Both the position numbers and the translations under genes were made by a program. The notes below the pieces were generated by a model. The model was not told where the DNA came from, did not search any database, and was given only the letters and a program-made list of their open reading frames with translations. Shown in pieces: positions 44,953-55,931 of a stretch of 64,000 nt of DNA. The stretch spans positions 64,001 through 128,000 of the forward strand of contig CAWCIZ010000002.1 of assembly GCA_963795855.1 (NCBI GenBank). Direction: 5' to 3'. Each line of letters starts with the position of its first letter. The first letter of the stretch is position 1. Source of the stretch: Vulcanimicrobiota bacterium. Its GTDB lineage: Bacteria > Vulcanimicrobiota > Vulcanimicrobiia > Vulcanimicrobiales > Vulcanimicrobiaceae.

Positions 44953-46190
44953 GTGTGGAGCACGTCTAGCGCGGCACGGGCTACGGTCGCTCGTCTTTTG
45001 GCGCCGCATACGATCGAAGAGTTCGCGCAGCGCTACTACGAGCGCGCGCCGCTGTACGTCGATCGCAGCGGCCGCGATGGCGTCTATTCACCTTACTTCA
45101 GCCTAAACGAGCTGGAGCGCGTTCTCTACGGCAGCGAGCTGCGTACGAAGGACGTCCGTCTGGTTCGCGACGGTTTGATGCAGCGCGTCGAGAGTTATAC
45201 CTTCTCGCGTTCCACCCGGAAAGCGGATGAAAAAAAGCCGCCCAGCGACGTCATCGACCACGATAAACTCAGCGTCCTTTTTGCGGCCGGCTGTACCGCG
45301 GTCTTCGATGCGTTGGACACGCATTCGATTACGTTGTCGAACCTGTGCCGCGAACTCGAAGCGTTTTTCGGCCACCGCGTCAATCCGAACGTTTACCTGA
45401 CGCCGGCGGGGAATCAGGGATTTGCGCCGCATTACGACACGCACGACACGCTGATACTGCAGATCCACGGCACCAAGCACTGGCGAATCTATGGTTCGGC
45501 ATTCGAGTCTCCCGCTCGACGACCAGCAGTACGACAAAAAAACGCACGCGCTGCCGGAGATTCTCTTCGAAGCCGACATGAAGCCCGGCGACCTGCTGTA
45601 CATTCCGCGCGGCTTCATGCACGAAGGCAAAGCAAACGCGGAACTCTCCCTTCACGTCACGCTCGGCGTGCACGCGGGTCGATGGGCGAATGTGGTGGCC
45701 GACGCAGTCGAGGCGATCGCCGAACGGGATCTCCTCTGGCGCAAATCCGCGATTCATGAAGCAACGGACGCCGAATTGGCGGAGATTCTTTCCCGGCTGA
45801 CGCCGGACGACTTGCGTCAAGCGCAACAGCGCATCGATCGGCGTTTCCGGACCCAGCGCAAAAATCGAGCTCGAGGGGCAGTTGCAGCAGATTGCGGCGA
45901 TCGGCGAATTATCGGCCGACTCGTTCGTCCGGCAGCGCGCGAACATCGTCTATGAGTTGCAGTCCGATGAGAAAAGCACGCACCTTTCCTTCTCGAGAAA
46001 AACGCTCACGTTCGGGCCGCAAGCGGCTGCGGTAATCCGCGAAATCGGCGCGCGCTCCGGCGTGCAGGTCGCCGAGCTGCTGCAGCACGACGAAAAGGCG
46101 CTCGGCGTCGTTCGCAAACTGATCCTCGAAGGATTCGCAGTGCAAGTTGCGCCCTCGGAAGTGCAGGGCCGCCCGGGAGCCGTTGCCTAG
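44953..46190 (+). CDS. JmjC/Cupin_4 Fe(II)/2-oxoglutarate oxygenase (YcfD/ROX-like); frameshifted
   Basis: NVYLTP, GFAPHYDTHD, LQIHGTKHW, LLYIPRGFMHE, LHVTLG; AGGAGG RBS. Confidence 0.85.
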
Positions 46191-46301
46191 TCCCGGCGTG
46201 CGTCACTCCCGGTATGCCCACGTCGCGATGGGTGAAAGTACCCACGCCTCCGTCGCCCGCGAGCGGGTGCGGATTCGCCCGTTTGGCGCTAGGATGAACG
46301 G

Positions 46302-47420
46302 GTGCGCATAGCATTCATCTGCCCGCTCCTGCCGCCGCATTACAATGGGTGCGGCGACGCCACCGATCGCCTCGCCCGTGAATTTCAGCAGCGGGGGTGT
46401 TCGACGCTCGTTCTGACGGATGACGTCGAAACGATTACGCACGCCTATCCGGCCCAGTCGATCGGGTCGTGGGATATTCGTTCCGTCGTCGAAACGAAGC
46501 GGCGGCTCGATGCTTTCCGGCCGGACGTCGTTTTGATGCAATACACCCCGTTTTTGTATCACCCGCGTTCTTCGTATCCGTTTCTCGCGATGAAAGCCTT
46601 GAGCGCGTACCGGCGCATTACGTACGTCCACGAATGCTTTTACTCAGCGGACAGCGCGGCGGTCCGGAGCCGTGCAAAAGCCGCCTATCTCACGCTGCGC
46701 GACAAAGCGGTGGTCGCGGCATCCGACACGATCTACGTGGCGAGCCCGCAACGCGCGTCTGCCTTACTCGAGCGAGCTCCGTACGCGCGCCACAAAATTC
46801 GGGTCGTGCCGTTCGGCGCAAACATCGAACCGCTTGCGCCGTTGCCGGCGCGCCGAACGGCACAAGCGCCGTTTCGGCTCGTCGCATTCGGCATCGTCAT
46901 GCCGCGCCGGCGCATCGAACTGCTGATTCAAACCGTGGCGGCGCTACGCGACGCCGGCATCGAGGCCTCGCTCGACGTGATAGGACGGGTTCAAGAAGCG
47001 GCATACCAAGAGCAGTGCGAAGCCATCGCGCTCGACCTCGCGGTAGCAGAGCGTATCCGTTTTCGCGGAGCCGTTCCGCCGCCGGAACTCGAAGCGGCAT
47101 TTGCACGGGCCGACGTTTTTCTCCACGCGGCGGAGGAGGGCGCGATCGCATCCGCCGGCAGCCTGCTCGCCGCACTCGCGCATGGTGTGCCGGTCCTGTG
47201 CGCGCGTACGCCGCACGACGACGCGCGCTTCGCAGACGCGGCCATTTTTGCCGACGCCGATGCTTCCTCAATGGCCGGCGCCTTCGAAAGCGCGCTATGC
47301 GATCCGGAGCAGTTGCGGCGCCGCGGCGCGCTCAGCCGGGCGCTCTACGACCAGGAATTCGGATGGGCGAGAATGGCCGACCGCATAGCCTCGGAAGCGC
47401 AGCTTCGCGCAGCCTCTTAA
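46302..47420 (+). CDS. GT4 (GT-B) glycosyltransferase
   Basis: VVPFGANI, FGIVMPRRRIELLI, ADVFL, LAALAHGVPV. Confidence 0.85.
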   Translation: MRIAFICPLLPPHYNGCGDATDRLAREFQQRGCSTLVLTDDVETITHAYPAQSIGSWDIRSVVETKRRLDAFRPDVVLMQYTPFLYHPRSSYPFLAMKALSAYRRITYVHECFYSADSAAVRSRAKAAYLTLRDKAVVAASDTIYVASPQRASALLERAPYARHKIRVVPFGANIEPLAPLPARRTAQAPFRLVAFGIVMPRRRIELLIQTVAALRDAGIEASLDVIGRVQEAAYQEQCEAIALDLAVAERIRFRGAVPPPELEAAFARADVFLHAAEEGAIASAGSLLAALAHGVPVLCARTPHDDARFADAAIFADADASSMAGAFESALCDPEQLRRRGALSRALYDQEFGWARMADRIASEAQLRAAS

Positions 47421-48394
47421 GCGGCGCTGTAAATGCGAGCGGCGTCGGTGAACCAGGCGACGGTTCTTGCAATACCTTCGTCGACGCTGATCGACGGGGC
47501 CCATCCGTACGAACGCGCACGCGTCAAATCCGGACGTCTGCGCATCGGGTCTTCCGGGCGCGCCGGTAGGTGCTCGGCGGTGAGTTGAACGCCGCAAGCC
47601 TTCGCAACGCGCTCGGCAATATCGAGGACCCGCAACTCTTCGTCGTTACCGAGATTCACGGGCGAGAGCCGATGCATACTTGATTGCGCGATGTGCAAAA
47701 TACCGCGAACGACGTCGTCGATGTAAGTGATCGAACGGGTTTGCTGGCCGTCACCGTGAATCGGGAACGCCTTGTCGTTGAGCGCGGCAGAAATGAGCGC
47801 GGGAATCAATCTCCCGTCATCGGCCTGCATGCGCGGTCCGTAGCAGTTGAAGAGCCGCACGATGCGCGCGTTCAAGCCGCGTTTGGCGACGGCGACGGAA
47901 ATCGCCGCCTCGGCAAAACGCTTGCCTTCGTCGTAGCATGCGCGGGGTCCGATCGGGTTCACATTACCGAAATACGTTTCGGGCTGCGGATTGACAAGCG
48001 GATCCCCGTACACTTCCGAAGTCGACGTAAAGAGCAGCAGGGCGTTTTGCTGCAGCGCAACGTCGATGAGCGCCATCGTGCCCAGTCCATTGACGCTAAG
48101 GGTCTCCCACGGGTGCGCTCCGTATGCTTCGGGGCTCGCCGGCGAGGCGAGATGGTAGATCGCCTCGAGCGGCTGGCGTATGGCCTTTTGCAATTCCGCG
48201 ATCGTCTGCGATGCGGGAGCCGCCACGTTCCAATACACGAATGTTGCGCCGCCTTCGCGAATTGCCCACTCGAGATTTGCGATGCGCCCGCTCGAAAGAT
48301 CGTCCATTACGATGACGTCTTTGCCGGATCGGCAAAGACGGTCGACCAAATGACTGCCGACGAATCCTGCGCCGCCGGTAACCAGAACCGCCAT
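47417..48394 (-). CDS. UDP-glucuronate decarboxylase-like NAD-dependent epimerase/dehydratase
   Basis: VTGGAGFVGSHL, YHLASPASP, TSTSEVYGDP, GPRACYDEGKR. Confidence 0.9.
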   Translation of the reverse strand: MAVLVTGGAGFVGSHLVDRLCRSGKDVIVMDDLSSGRIANLEWAIREGGATFVYWNVAAPASQTIAELQKAIRQPLEAIYHLASPASPEAYGAHPWETLSVNGLGTMALIDVALQQNALLLFTSTSEVYGDPLVNPQPETYFGNVNPIGPRACYDEGKRFAEAAISVAVAKRGLNARIVRLFNCYGPRMQADDGRLIPALISAALNDKAFPIHGDGQQTRSITYIDDVVRGILHIAQSSMHRLSPVNLGNDEELRVLDIAERVAKACGVQLTAEHLPARPEDPMRRRPDLTRARSYGWAPSISVDEGIARTVAWFTDAARIYSAA

Positions 48395-48395
48395 A

Positions 48396-49715
48396 TTACA
48401 CCGTCTCCCCTTCGACTCGCTTGGGCAGCGCGATTATGCCGGAGAGCAGCCAAAATATCTGCGTAACCGGCGCATAGACGAATGGACCTTGCGTCCATAT
48501 TCCGCTCGTCAACAACGCGACTTGAACCGAAGCGAAGGTGATGTACGCGGCACGCGCCTCGGTTGAGACGGCCCGTTTTGAAGCTCGAATCGCGAGCGTC
48601 AAAAACGTGCCCTGGAAGACGAGCAAGATGATCAGCCCGGGAATGCCCGTCTGATAGAGCGTGGCATAATAAAGATTGTCGACGAGCAGCGGAGCTCGGC
48701 CGCCGCCCTTGTTGAGCCGGCCGCCGGCTCCGGTCGCACCAAGCCCGTTGCCGAACGGATGCCGTATGCTGCTCAATAAAGCGAGGTGCTCGCTGCGGGC
48801 TCGCGTCACGGCGCCGATATCGAGGCTGTCGCTCTGGTACCTGGCGCTCGACATGCCGCCGGTGGCCTTGAGCGCCAGCGGAATGGCGAGCAAGAGAATG
48901 CAGAACGCGACAACCGCTGGTACGCGCATCGACCGATGGCGCCACGACAGAATCAAGAACGCCAGCAAACCGGCGGCAAGCGCGGCGGCCGAGGCGCGAG
49001 CGGCGGAGAATTGCAGCGCGAGCGCCATGCTGACGAGACAGACGGTGAGCACGAGACGACCGAAACCGCGCGCGCGCGCCATCGCCCCTGCCGCGAGAAT
49101 GAATCCTACGCACGTCGCAAGACCCAGCGACGCCGGATCGACAAGCGTGCCGTACGCGCGCATGAAAGCACTGGTCAAGCCGCCCATACCCGCACTCTGG
49201 TATGAGGTAAAGCGGGACGACAAGACCGCGAGCGCCGGCGAGAGCGAGTTCCATGTATCGGGTGCGAGAGCCTGAAAGATGCCCGCAATCGTCGGGATCA
49301 TAATGCAGGCTATCGCAACGTTTATCGTTTTCGAAACGCGCCGCGGGTTGGTGAAAAACACGGCGCCGACGAAAAACAGTACGGAGAACAGGACCAACGC
49401 GCGAAATCCGGCGATACCCGTCGCGATGTCGCCGCTTCCGGGGTTGAGCACCTGCGCCGTCATGTATCCGATGTAGAGCCACCACGCCCAAAGGCCTTGC
49501 CACTTGCCTTTCGGCCGATCCCAGGGCCGAACCGCAAGCGTCACCAGCATCGCGACGACGAGCGCGAGAAGCGCAAAGTCCTTCATCACATAGAAGATCG
49601 TGTTTCCATGCGTGTTTTTCACGAATCCGTCTACGCACGAAACGAAGAGCAACGTCGAGGCGACGGCCGCCGTGGTAAGTCCTTTGCGGTTAATGGCCGG
49701 CTGGGCGTACAACAT
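48396..49715 (-). CDS. Wzy polymerase / O-antigen ligase family membrane protein
   Basis: Polytopic; RAYGTLVDP, HPFGNGLG, VDNLYYATLYQTGIPG. Confidence 0.8.
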   Translation of the reverse strand: MLYAQPAINRKGLTTAAVASTLLFVSCVDGFVKNTHGNTIFYVMKDFALLALVVAMLVTLAVRPWDRPKGKWQGLWAWWLYIGYMTAQVLNPGSGDIATGIAGFRALVLFSVLFFVGAVFFTNPRRVSKTINVAIACIMIPTIAGIFQALAPDTWNSLSPALAVLSSRFTSYQSAGMGGLTSAFMRAYGTLVDPASLGLATCVGFILAAGAMARARGFGRLVLTVCLVSMALALQFSAARASAAALAAGLLAFLILSWRHRSMRVPAVVAFCILLLAIPLALKATGGMSSARYQSDSLDIGAVTRARSEHLALLSSIRHPFGNGLGATGAGGRLNKGGGRAPLLVDNLYYATLYQTGIPGLIILLVFQGTFLTLAIRASKRAVSTEARAAYITFASVQVALLTSGIWTQGPFVYAPVTQIFWLLSGIIALPKRVEGETV

Positions 49716-49742
49716 CTACGAGTATCCTTAACGAGTAATCAA

Positions 49743-50433
49743 TCAGCGAGTGATGACGACTTCACCGGAACGCGTCGGAATCGGCAACGTCGGGACCTTG
49801 ATCTCGGGCTGCGCAGGCACCGTGACGGGCTCTTCCGCCGCGCGCACAACCGGTTCAGGACGGCGTTCTTTGCCCTCACCGACTGCAACGACGCCAAGGA
49901 TTTGTGCGCCGACGCGCCGCAGCGCGGCCGTAATCTCCTGATCCGCGGGCACGGGCCGGCGGCCGAATCGGAATGAGAGAATCACGCCGTCGCCGGCAAC
50001 TGCAAACTGCAGCGCAACCGGATTCGTCACGAGAACGCCCGCGTTGACGATCGTGACGTCGTACTTCGTACGCAGATTGTCGAGGACGGTGCGCATCTTC
50101 AGATACGACGTCGTGGTATGGGGAGCGCTCTCGGCGACTGCGACTGCCGACAGATTCTTGATGGTGCCGTTGACGGCGCTCCCGGGAATCGCAGCGAAAT
50201 CGCCGACCGCCGCGACCTTGAGTCCCAGTTCGTCCTTCAAGAGCTCGACCGCCGTACGGATCCACCACAACCGTGCTGTATCCGGAGTCCGCGAAAGCGC
50301 GGCTCAGTTCACAGGCAACGATCCCGGCGCCGTCCTCCGGTGCCGCGGCACCAATCACGATGACGGCCGGCGTGCGAACCATCGACTCGAGTGTGACGCG
50401 CAATGATGCGAATTCTTCGCTAACTGCTTTCAT
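49743..50433 (-). CDS. CpsD/CapB-like (Wzc kinase domain) protein with degenerate Walker A; frameshifted
   Basis: EEFASLR, TVVVD, LRTKYDVTIVN, DGVIL, ILGVV; the P-loop reads AAPEDGAG. Confidence 0.7.
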
Positions 50434-50449
50434 AGTAGACTCCCTTGCC

Positions 50450-51780
50450 TTAGTCGGTGGAAATGGTACCAAGTACCGGACGGCCATACAGGCTTTCGAC
50501 TCCGGCAACGGTGCGGATACGTGGATCCGTTACTTCGAGGAGGAACGCAAGCCCGAACGCGATGATAATGAAACCCGCGAGCGAACCGAAGATTGCGAGC
50601 ATCGAACGCTTATCGAGCGTTTGCGTCGCCATCTGCGCATGGTCGACCACGGTGACCGACCCGATGTCCGCTTCCTGCGCGGTCGTCGCGAGCGTGTCCG
50701 TATACCGCGAGGCCAGCGCCTGATATTCCGTTACGAGGAGATCGCGCTGACGACGCAGATCGCCGAGCTTCACACCCATGCCCGGAACCGCTTGCAAGTG
50801 ATCTTCCGTCTGCGATATCTGCGAATCGATCGCGTCCAGACGCGCCCGATCCGCCGCGAGTTTGGCGTCTATCGTGCCTTTCGACGACAACGCAGACGCG
50901 TACGTGGGGCTGAACGTCGTCGAAGAGGCTACGGCGGCTTTCTCTGCTGCAGCCAGTTCGCTCTTCTCCTGCGCAATCTGCGCCTTCAGACCCGCTAGGC
51001 CCGGATACGTTCCTTTGAACTGGGAACGAACGAGCGCGAGTTGCGCTTCATCGTTCGATTCCTGCGTGCGCAGGCTTCTGATAGTACGGATCGCTGGTGG
51101 TCTTCTCTTCATGCACGATTGGCGCGATTTCCGCTAGGTGGCGGGATTCGGCGCCGGCTTGTGCTTCGTCGCCGACCATTTCCGCTTGGAGGTTGTCGCG
51201 CTGTGCCTGCAATCCGAGGATCTGCTGCGCCAAAAACTTGAGCGGCGTCGGAATCCGCATTGTAGGGATCTTGAATCGTCGCCTTTTGCAGGTTTTGATC
51301 GACTTGCTCGATTTCGCCGCGCTTCTTCTTCAGTTCGTTTTGCAGATAGCCGGAAACCACGGTGAATCGCGTTGATGCGATCTGGCGATAGTAGTTGGAA
51401 AGTTCGACCGCTGCGGCGTTCGCCGCCCTGACGGCGATTTTCGGCGAACGATCCGAGTATGTAATCGGCATCACGTTGGAGCCGAAGTTCACGTGCGCCG
51501 TCAACTTCGTCTGGATTACCGCCAGCGGCTCGTCCAAGCGAAGATCGCGGCGAATGCCCTCGAGCACGTTCGTGCTCGTTGCAAGCGTCTGCAGATCGAT
51601 GCCGGTGGCAACGGGTGCAGCGCCCGCGCGCGAACTTATCGCGAGTACTTCCGAGGTAGCCGAATACTGCCGCGGCGCCGTCTTGAAAAGCAGGGCAGCC
51701 ACGACCACGCCGAAGACGACGACGTATGCGATGAGCCACCGCCGGCGCTTTAGAATATCAAGAACAGTCGAAAAGTCCAT
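50450..51780 (-). CDS. Wzz/GumC polysaccharide co-polymerase; frameshifted
   Basis: ILKRRRWLI plus TM, YSATSEVL, coiled coil, second TM then DPRIRT..LYGRPVLG. Confidence 0.8.
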
Positions 51781-51792
51781 AGCGTTCTACTT

Positions 51793-53104
51793 TCAGCCAG
51801 CACTGGCAAGGGAAATGGAGTCGGCAATGGCGGCGCGGCCGATGCCGCGATACACGAGGCCCGCCGCGGCCACGCGTTCCGGATCCAAAAGGTTACGCCC
51901 GTCGACGACGAGCCTGCGGCGCAGGCGCGGCGCATATTGCGCTGGTTCGATCGATGCGAAGATCGGCCAGTCGGTGAGCACGACGAGCGCATCGGCATCG
52001 GCGGCCGCGAGCGGAGATCCAAGCACTTTGCAGGGCACGTGAAGCGGCAGCGCGTGAACGCCCGGGTCGTACGCCTGCAGCACGGCACCGCGCGCCGAGA
52101 GATCGTCGATGATGCGAAGGGCGAGAGAGTCGCGCACGTCACTGGTCCCGGCCTTGAAAGCAAGACCCCAGATTCCGATGGTGCGCCCTGCGAGCGATCC
52201 GAGCTCGGTCTCCAACTCTTTGACGACGACTTTGGGCTGCCGGTCGTTCACCTCGAGTATCGCGGACAAGAGGGTGCGTCCCGCTTGAAACTCGCCGGCG
52301 ACGTGCCGCAAACTCTTGACGTCCTTTTCGAAGCACGGGCCGCCGAAACCGATACCGGGATTGAGAAAGAGCGATCCGATTCGACGATCGTAGCCGACGC
52401 CGCGAAGCACTTCGTCCGCGTTCGCGTCTGCGCTCTGACAGAAGTTGGCGACTTCGTTTGCAAAACTGATCTTCAGCGCCAGAAACGCGTTGGACCAGCC
52501 CTTGATCAGTTCGGCCTCGCGCAGTCCCGTGACGACGATCGGCCATTGAAGCGGCTCGAACAAGCGCGCGTACGCAATCGCTGCGGCGTGGTCATTGCAC
52601 GCCGATGACGATCCGATCGGGATGCAGGAAGTCGTGAACCGCCGTGCCTTCTCGCAGAAACTCGGGATGATAAAGCACCGTGTGCTTGCCCTGCAGCCGC
52701 TTGACGACCATGTCGCTGGTCCCAGCCGGCACCGTGGAGCGCAGAACGACGATCGCCGACGGCGGCAGTTTGGCTGCGATAATCGCATCGATTGCGGCGT
52801 TCAGTCCGCGCAGATCCGCGGAGCCGTCGTCGGCCGAAGGCGTTCCGACGGTAAGCACCAGGAAGCGCGCGTCGGCGGCGGCGCGGGCAAAATCGTCGAG
52901 GAACGATATGCGGTTCTCCGCCAGATGTTTATGCAGCGCTTCGCTCAGCCCGGCTTCTTGATACGGCGTCACGCCGGCGCGCAAACCGGCGATGCGGTCG
53001 CGCAAAACGTCGTAGCCTCGGATTTCGCAGCCGAGTTCCGCTAGCCCGATGGCCGATGCCATGCCGACGTATCCGGTTCCGACGATGCAAATTTTACTGT
53101 TCAT
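51793..53104 (-). CDS. ugd: UDP-glucose 6-dehydrogenase; frameshift near 52600
   Basis: IVGTGYVG, PEFLREG, NAFLALKISFANE, GFGGPCFEKD, GLAFKAGTSDVRDS. Confidence 0.92.
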
Positions 53105-53111
53105 GCGGTTA

Positions 53112-53720
53112 CTAGAATGCTCCATTAGCCGATATGACGGCCGTGAACGTGCGAGCGAGAAGGATGCCGTCGGTAATCGGCGAGGCGCTTCTGATGTAGT
53201 CGAGATCGAGCAATGTCGCTTCGGGCCTGGCAAGGGGGACGTTGGACCGATCGCTGATCTGCCACAGACCCGTGATGCCGGGTTCGACTAGGTGGCGAAG
53301 ATGCTGCCAGTTGTCGTATTGCTGAACGATGAACGGCATTTCAGGACGCGGCCCGACGAGCGACATGTCGCCGCGGATGACGTTGACGAGCTGCGGCAGT
53401 TCGTCGAGAGACGTCTTGCGCAGCCACTTGCCGACTCGCGTTATGCGCGGGTCGCCGGCATAGCTCGGGGAGACGCCGTAACCGCAGTTTTGCTTCTTCA
53501 TCGTTCTGAATTTGTAGATCGTGAAGGGGCGCTCGAAACGACCGACTCGCCGCTGTTTGAAGATGACGGGGTACCCATCTTCCAGTGCGATTGCGATTGC
53601 GCACATCAGCAATATCGGAAGTGCGATACACAGCGCGACCGCCGCAATGCCTGCGTTGAGGATACGGCGGACGCGCATGTATACGCGCTTCTCCCGGTAC
53701 ACGAGCGGAGCGATCGTCAC
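53112..53720 (-). CDS. Priming undecaprenyl-phosphate sugar phosphotransferase (Bac_transf)
   Basis: [49 protein letters not shown]. Confidence 0.92.
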   Translation of the reverse strand: MTIAPLVYREKRVYMRVRRILNAGIAAVALCIALPILLMCAIAIALEDGYPVIFKQRRVGRFERPFTIYKFRTMKKQNCGYGVSPSYAGDPRITRVGKWLRKTSLDELPQLVNVIRGDMSLVGPRPEMPFIVQQYDNWQHLRHLVEPGITGLWQISDRSNVPLARPEATLLDLDYIRSASPITDGILLARTFTAVISANGAF

Positions 53721-53721
53721 T

Positions 53722-54801
53722 TTAGAGACGTCCTCCGGGGAGTATGAAGCGAAGCCAGATGACGTCTTGGAAGAACTGACGCCAATCGATCTTGTGGCCT
53801 TCCGGTACGAACACGACGTCGCCATCCTCCAGTGCGGGGTTGGAAGACAGATCGCCGTGCTGCATGCGCGTGATATCGTACGAGGTCGTCACGCCGCGAT
53901 GCCGGATCATGATGTCTCGCAGGTTGGCCCATTTGTTCGGGCCGCCGGCAAGGTAGATTGCGCTGACCAGCGTGAAGTCGTCTTTGAGCGCAATCTCGCC
54001 CGACGAGTTCACGGCCCCCATGACTTGAATGTGTTCTTCGGACGGGATCGTCAAGCTGTCGCCGGAGTGTGCGGCGGCTGAGAACTCAGGGCTTCCTTCA
54101 GCAATTTGCTCGAGTTGCCCGTCGCGGCGCAGCAGTACTTGATGCGATGCCGAGGCGGTGATGCCGCCGAGTTGATCGATTGCGGTGGACAAGGGCTGAT
54201 CCGGGCTCAAGTATGCCGTTCCGGGGTGCAGCACCGCGCCTTTGACGTTTACGGCTAACGGCCGGTTCGCAAACGCGATGCTGTCGCCGGGCAGCAGCGT
54301 GGGGCCGGCGTCGCCGGCGCTTTGCAACGACTGCGCGTCGAACGGTCCTAACGCCATTCCGTTGCGAATGATCCGGATTTTGCTCGTGTCGCCCGCACTC
54401 TGATCGAGTAAACATTTGCAGGCTGCTTGAACGTCCGTCAAAGCGCTGACGAGTGTGTCGCCCGGCCGATACGTAATCGTACCGCCGGGGCCGCCCACCA
54501 CGAACATGTCGCTCGATTGCGATACCAGTGTGACGTCGACGGCCGGAAAGCGCATGTAATTCGCCAAACGGCCTTGAATGCGCGTTGCAAGCTCGGATTC
54601 GCTGGCGCCTTGCGCGGGTACCGCGCCGACGAGCGGCATCGAAACTCTGCCCTCGGCATCCACGGTCGCTTGCGTCGCGAGCTCGGGGTGATTGTAGACG
54701 GATATCTGGACTTTGTCTCCCGGATGAAGCGCCGCTTGTGCGGCGGCCGTAGCCAGGAGCAAAAGCGCGAGCGTGCCGGATGCGATACGCCGGATGTTCA
54801 T
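53722..54801 (-). CDS. Wza-like polysaccharide export protein (Poly_export plus SLBB)
   Basis: Signal peptide; PGDKVQISV, VDAEGRVSMPLVG, LEDGDVVFVP. Confidence 0.88.
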   Translation of the reverse strand: MNIRRIASGTLALLLLATAAAQAALHPGDKVQISVYNHPELATQATVDAEGRVSMPLVGAVPAQGASESELATRIQGRLANYMRFPAVDVTLVSQSSDMFVVGGPGGTITYRPGDTLVSALTDVQAACKCLLDQSAGDTSKIRIIRNGMALGPFDAQSLQSAGDAGPTLLPGDSIAFANRPLAVNVKGAVLHPGTAYLSPDQPLSTAIDQLGGITASASHQVLLRRDGQLEQIAEGSPEFSAAAHSGDSLTIPSEEHIQVMGAVNSSGEIALKDDFTLVSAIYLAGGPNKWANLRDIMIRHRGVTTSYDITRMQHGDLSSNPALEDGDVVFVPEGHKIDWRQFFQDVIWLRFILPGGRL

Positions 54802-54819
54802 AGTCTTCTTCCTACGTCG

Positions 54820-55809
54820 TTACGGGGTATTGAAAACGGTAAGCGGTGAAACGCTGAAGTCGATTTGAGCCGGAAGCTTCGGCGCCTGCGATTGCCCTTG
54901 CGACTGATAAACGCTGATGTAGTTTTGGTCCGCGTCGATCAAGAGCGCTTGATATTGCGCCTTTCCGTAGAAATTGCCGGGCGCGACGCACGTGTAATCT
55001 TTGCTGGTTACGACGAAGCCCACGACGTTGAAGCCCGGATATTTGGTCGGATTGTTATCCAAATGCGTCAAGAACGCGACGAAGTATTCGGTGGTGCCCG
55101 CAGCGGGCGTCCACGTCACGTACGCGGACCCGACGGGGCAGCCGTTCGTTGCGTTTCCGGCAAACGAAACCGTCACCGGCGATTGCCTCGGAAGCGACAC
55201 GGCCGGATTCAAAATCGTGAAGTTCACGCTGCCGCCCGGCGGGTTGTTCACCTTGGCGTTGTACGTGCCGCCATGGTTCGAGGAATCGGCGTTCGAGCGA
55301 TAGCCGATGCCGAGCGTCGTCGTCGACGCAGACGTGTTGAACGCCTTGCCGCCGAGCCAAAGCGGATTCGTTACGTTTGTTTTATACGGTGCCGGCAATG
55401 ACGGGTTGTCGTTGGAGCACTCGCATAAGCCCGCAGCATCGCGGAAGGTCATCAGGAATCCGATCGCCGGATTCGAACCTTTACCGGATCGTGCGACCGT
55501 CGCGGTGCCGCCCGTTATCTGGAAAACGAACGGTCCGGATATTTTCGGCGTTACCGATGACGCTGCGGCTTGCGGAGCGCGAGTAACGACGCTCGACGTC
55601 GCGGTGAAACCGGCGTCGAGTTCGAGATCGGAAAGTAAATCGGATCCCGTCAAACTGAAGAGATCGTCAGGCGACATATTTTGCGGCGTCTGTCCGGAAC
55701 TATTTCCACCCGGCACAGGGCCGTTCGGTGTTCCGCCACCACCGCCGCCGCAGCCTGCGAGTGCAAGACCTGCGGCGAGTACAATGACGAGAAGAGCGCG
55801 CTTCTGCAT
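54820..55809 (-). CDS. Lipoprotein of unknown function
   Basis: Lipobox LAGC followed by a Gly tract; Ser/Thr/Asn-rich, beta-type sequence. Confidence 0.75.
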   Translation of the reverse strand: MQKRALLVIVLAAGLALAGCGGGGGGTPNGPVPGGNSSGQTPQNMSPDDLFSLTGSDLLSDLELDAGFTATSSVVTRAPQAAASSVTPKISGPFVFQITGGTATVARSGKGSNPAIGFLMTFRDAAGLCECSNDNPSLPAPYKTNVTNPLWLGGKAFNTSASTTTLGIGYRSNADSSNHGGTYNAKVNNPPGGSVNFTILNPAVSLPRQSPVTVSFAGNATNGCPVGSAYVTWTPAAGTTEYFVAFLTHLDNNPTKYPGFNVVGFVVTSKDYTCVAPGNFYGKAQYQALLIDADQNYISVYQSQGQSQAPKLPAQIDFSVSPLTVFNTP

Positions 55810-55931
55810 AGCAATTTCCCTCGGTTTCTCCGGCGGCGAAATGATGCACAAATGATAAACTAATGGCACCGTGCGCAATAAGAGCGCCCTGCACCAGGGT
55901 TATCCACGCAGTTGCCGGGTGTGCTATGAGC

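Noticed and set aside
55900..55908. DnaA-box-like TTATCCACG
   Set aside because: Single mismatched box with no cluster and no AT-rich unwinding element.
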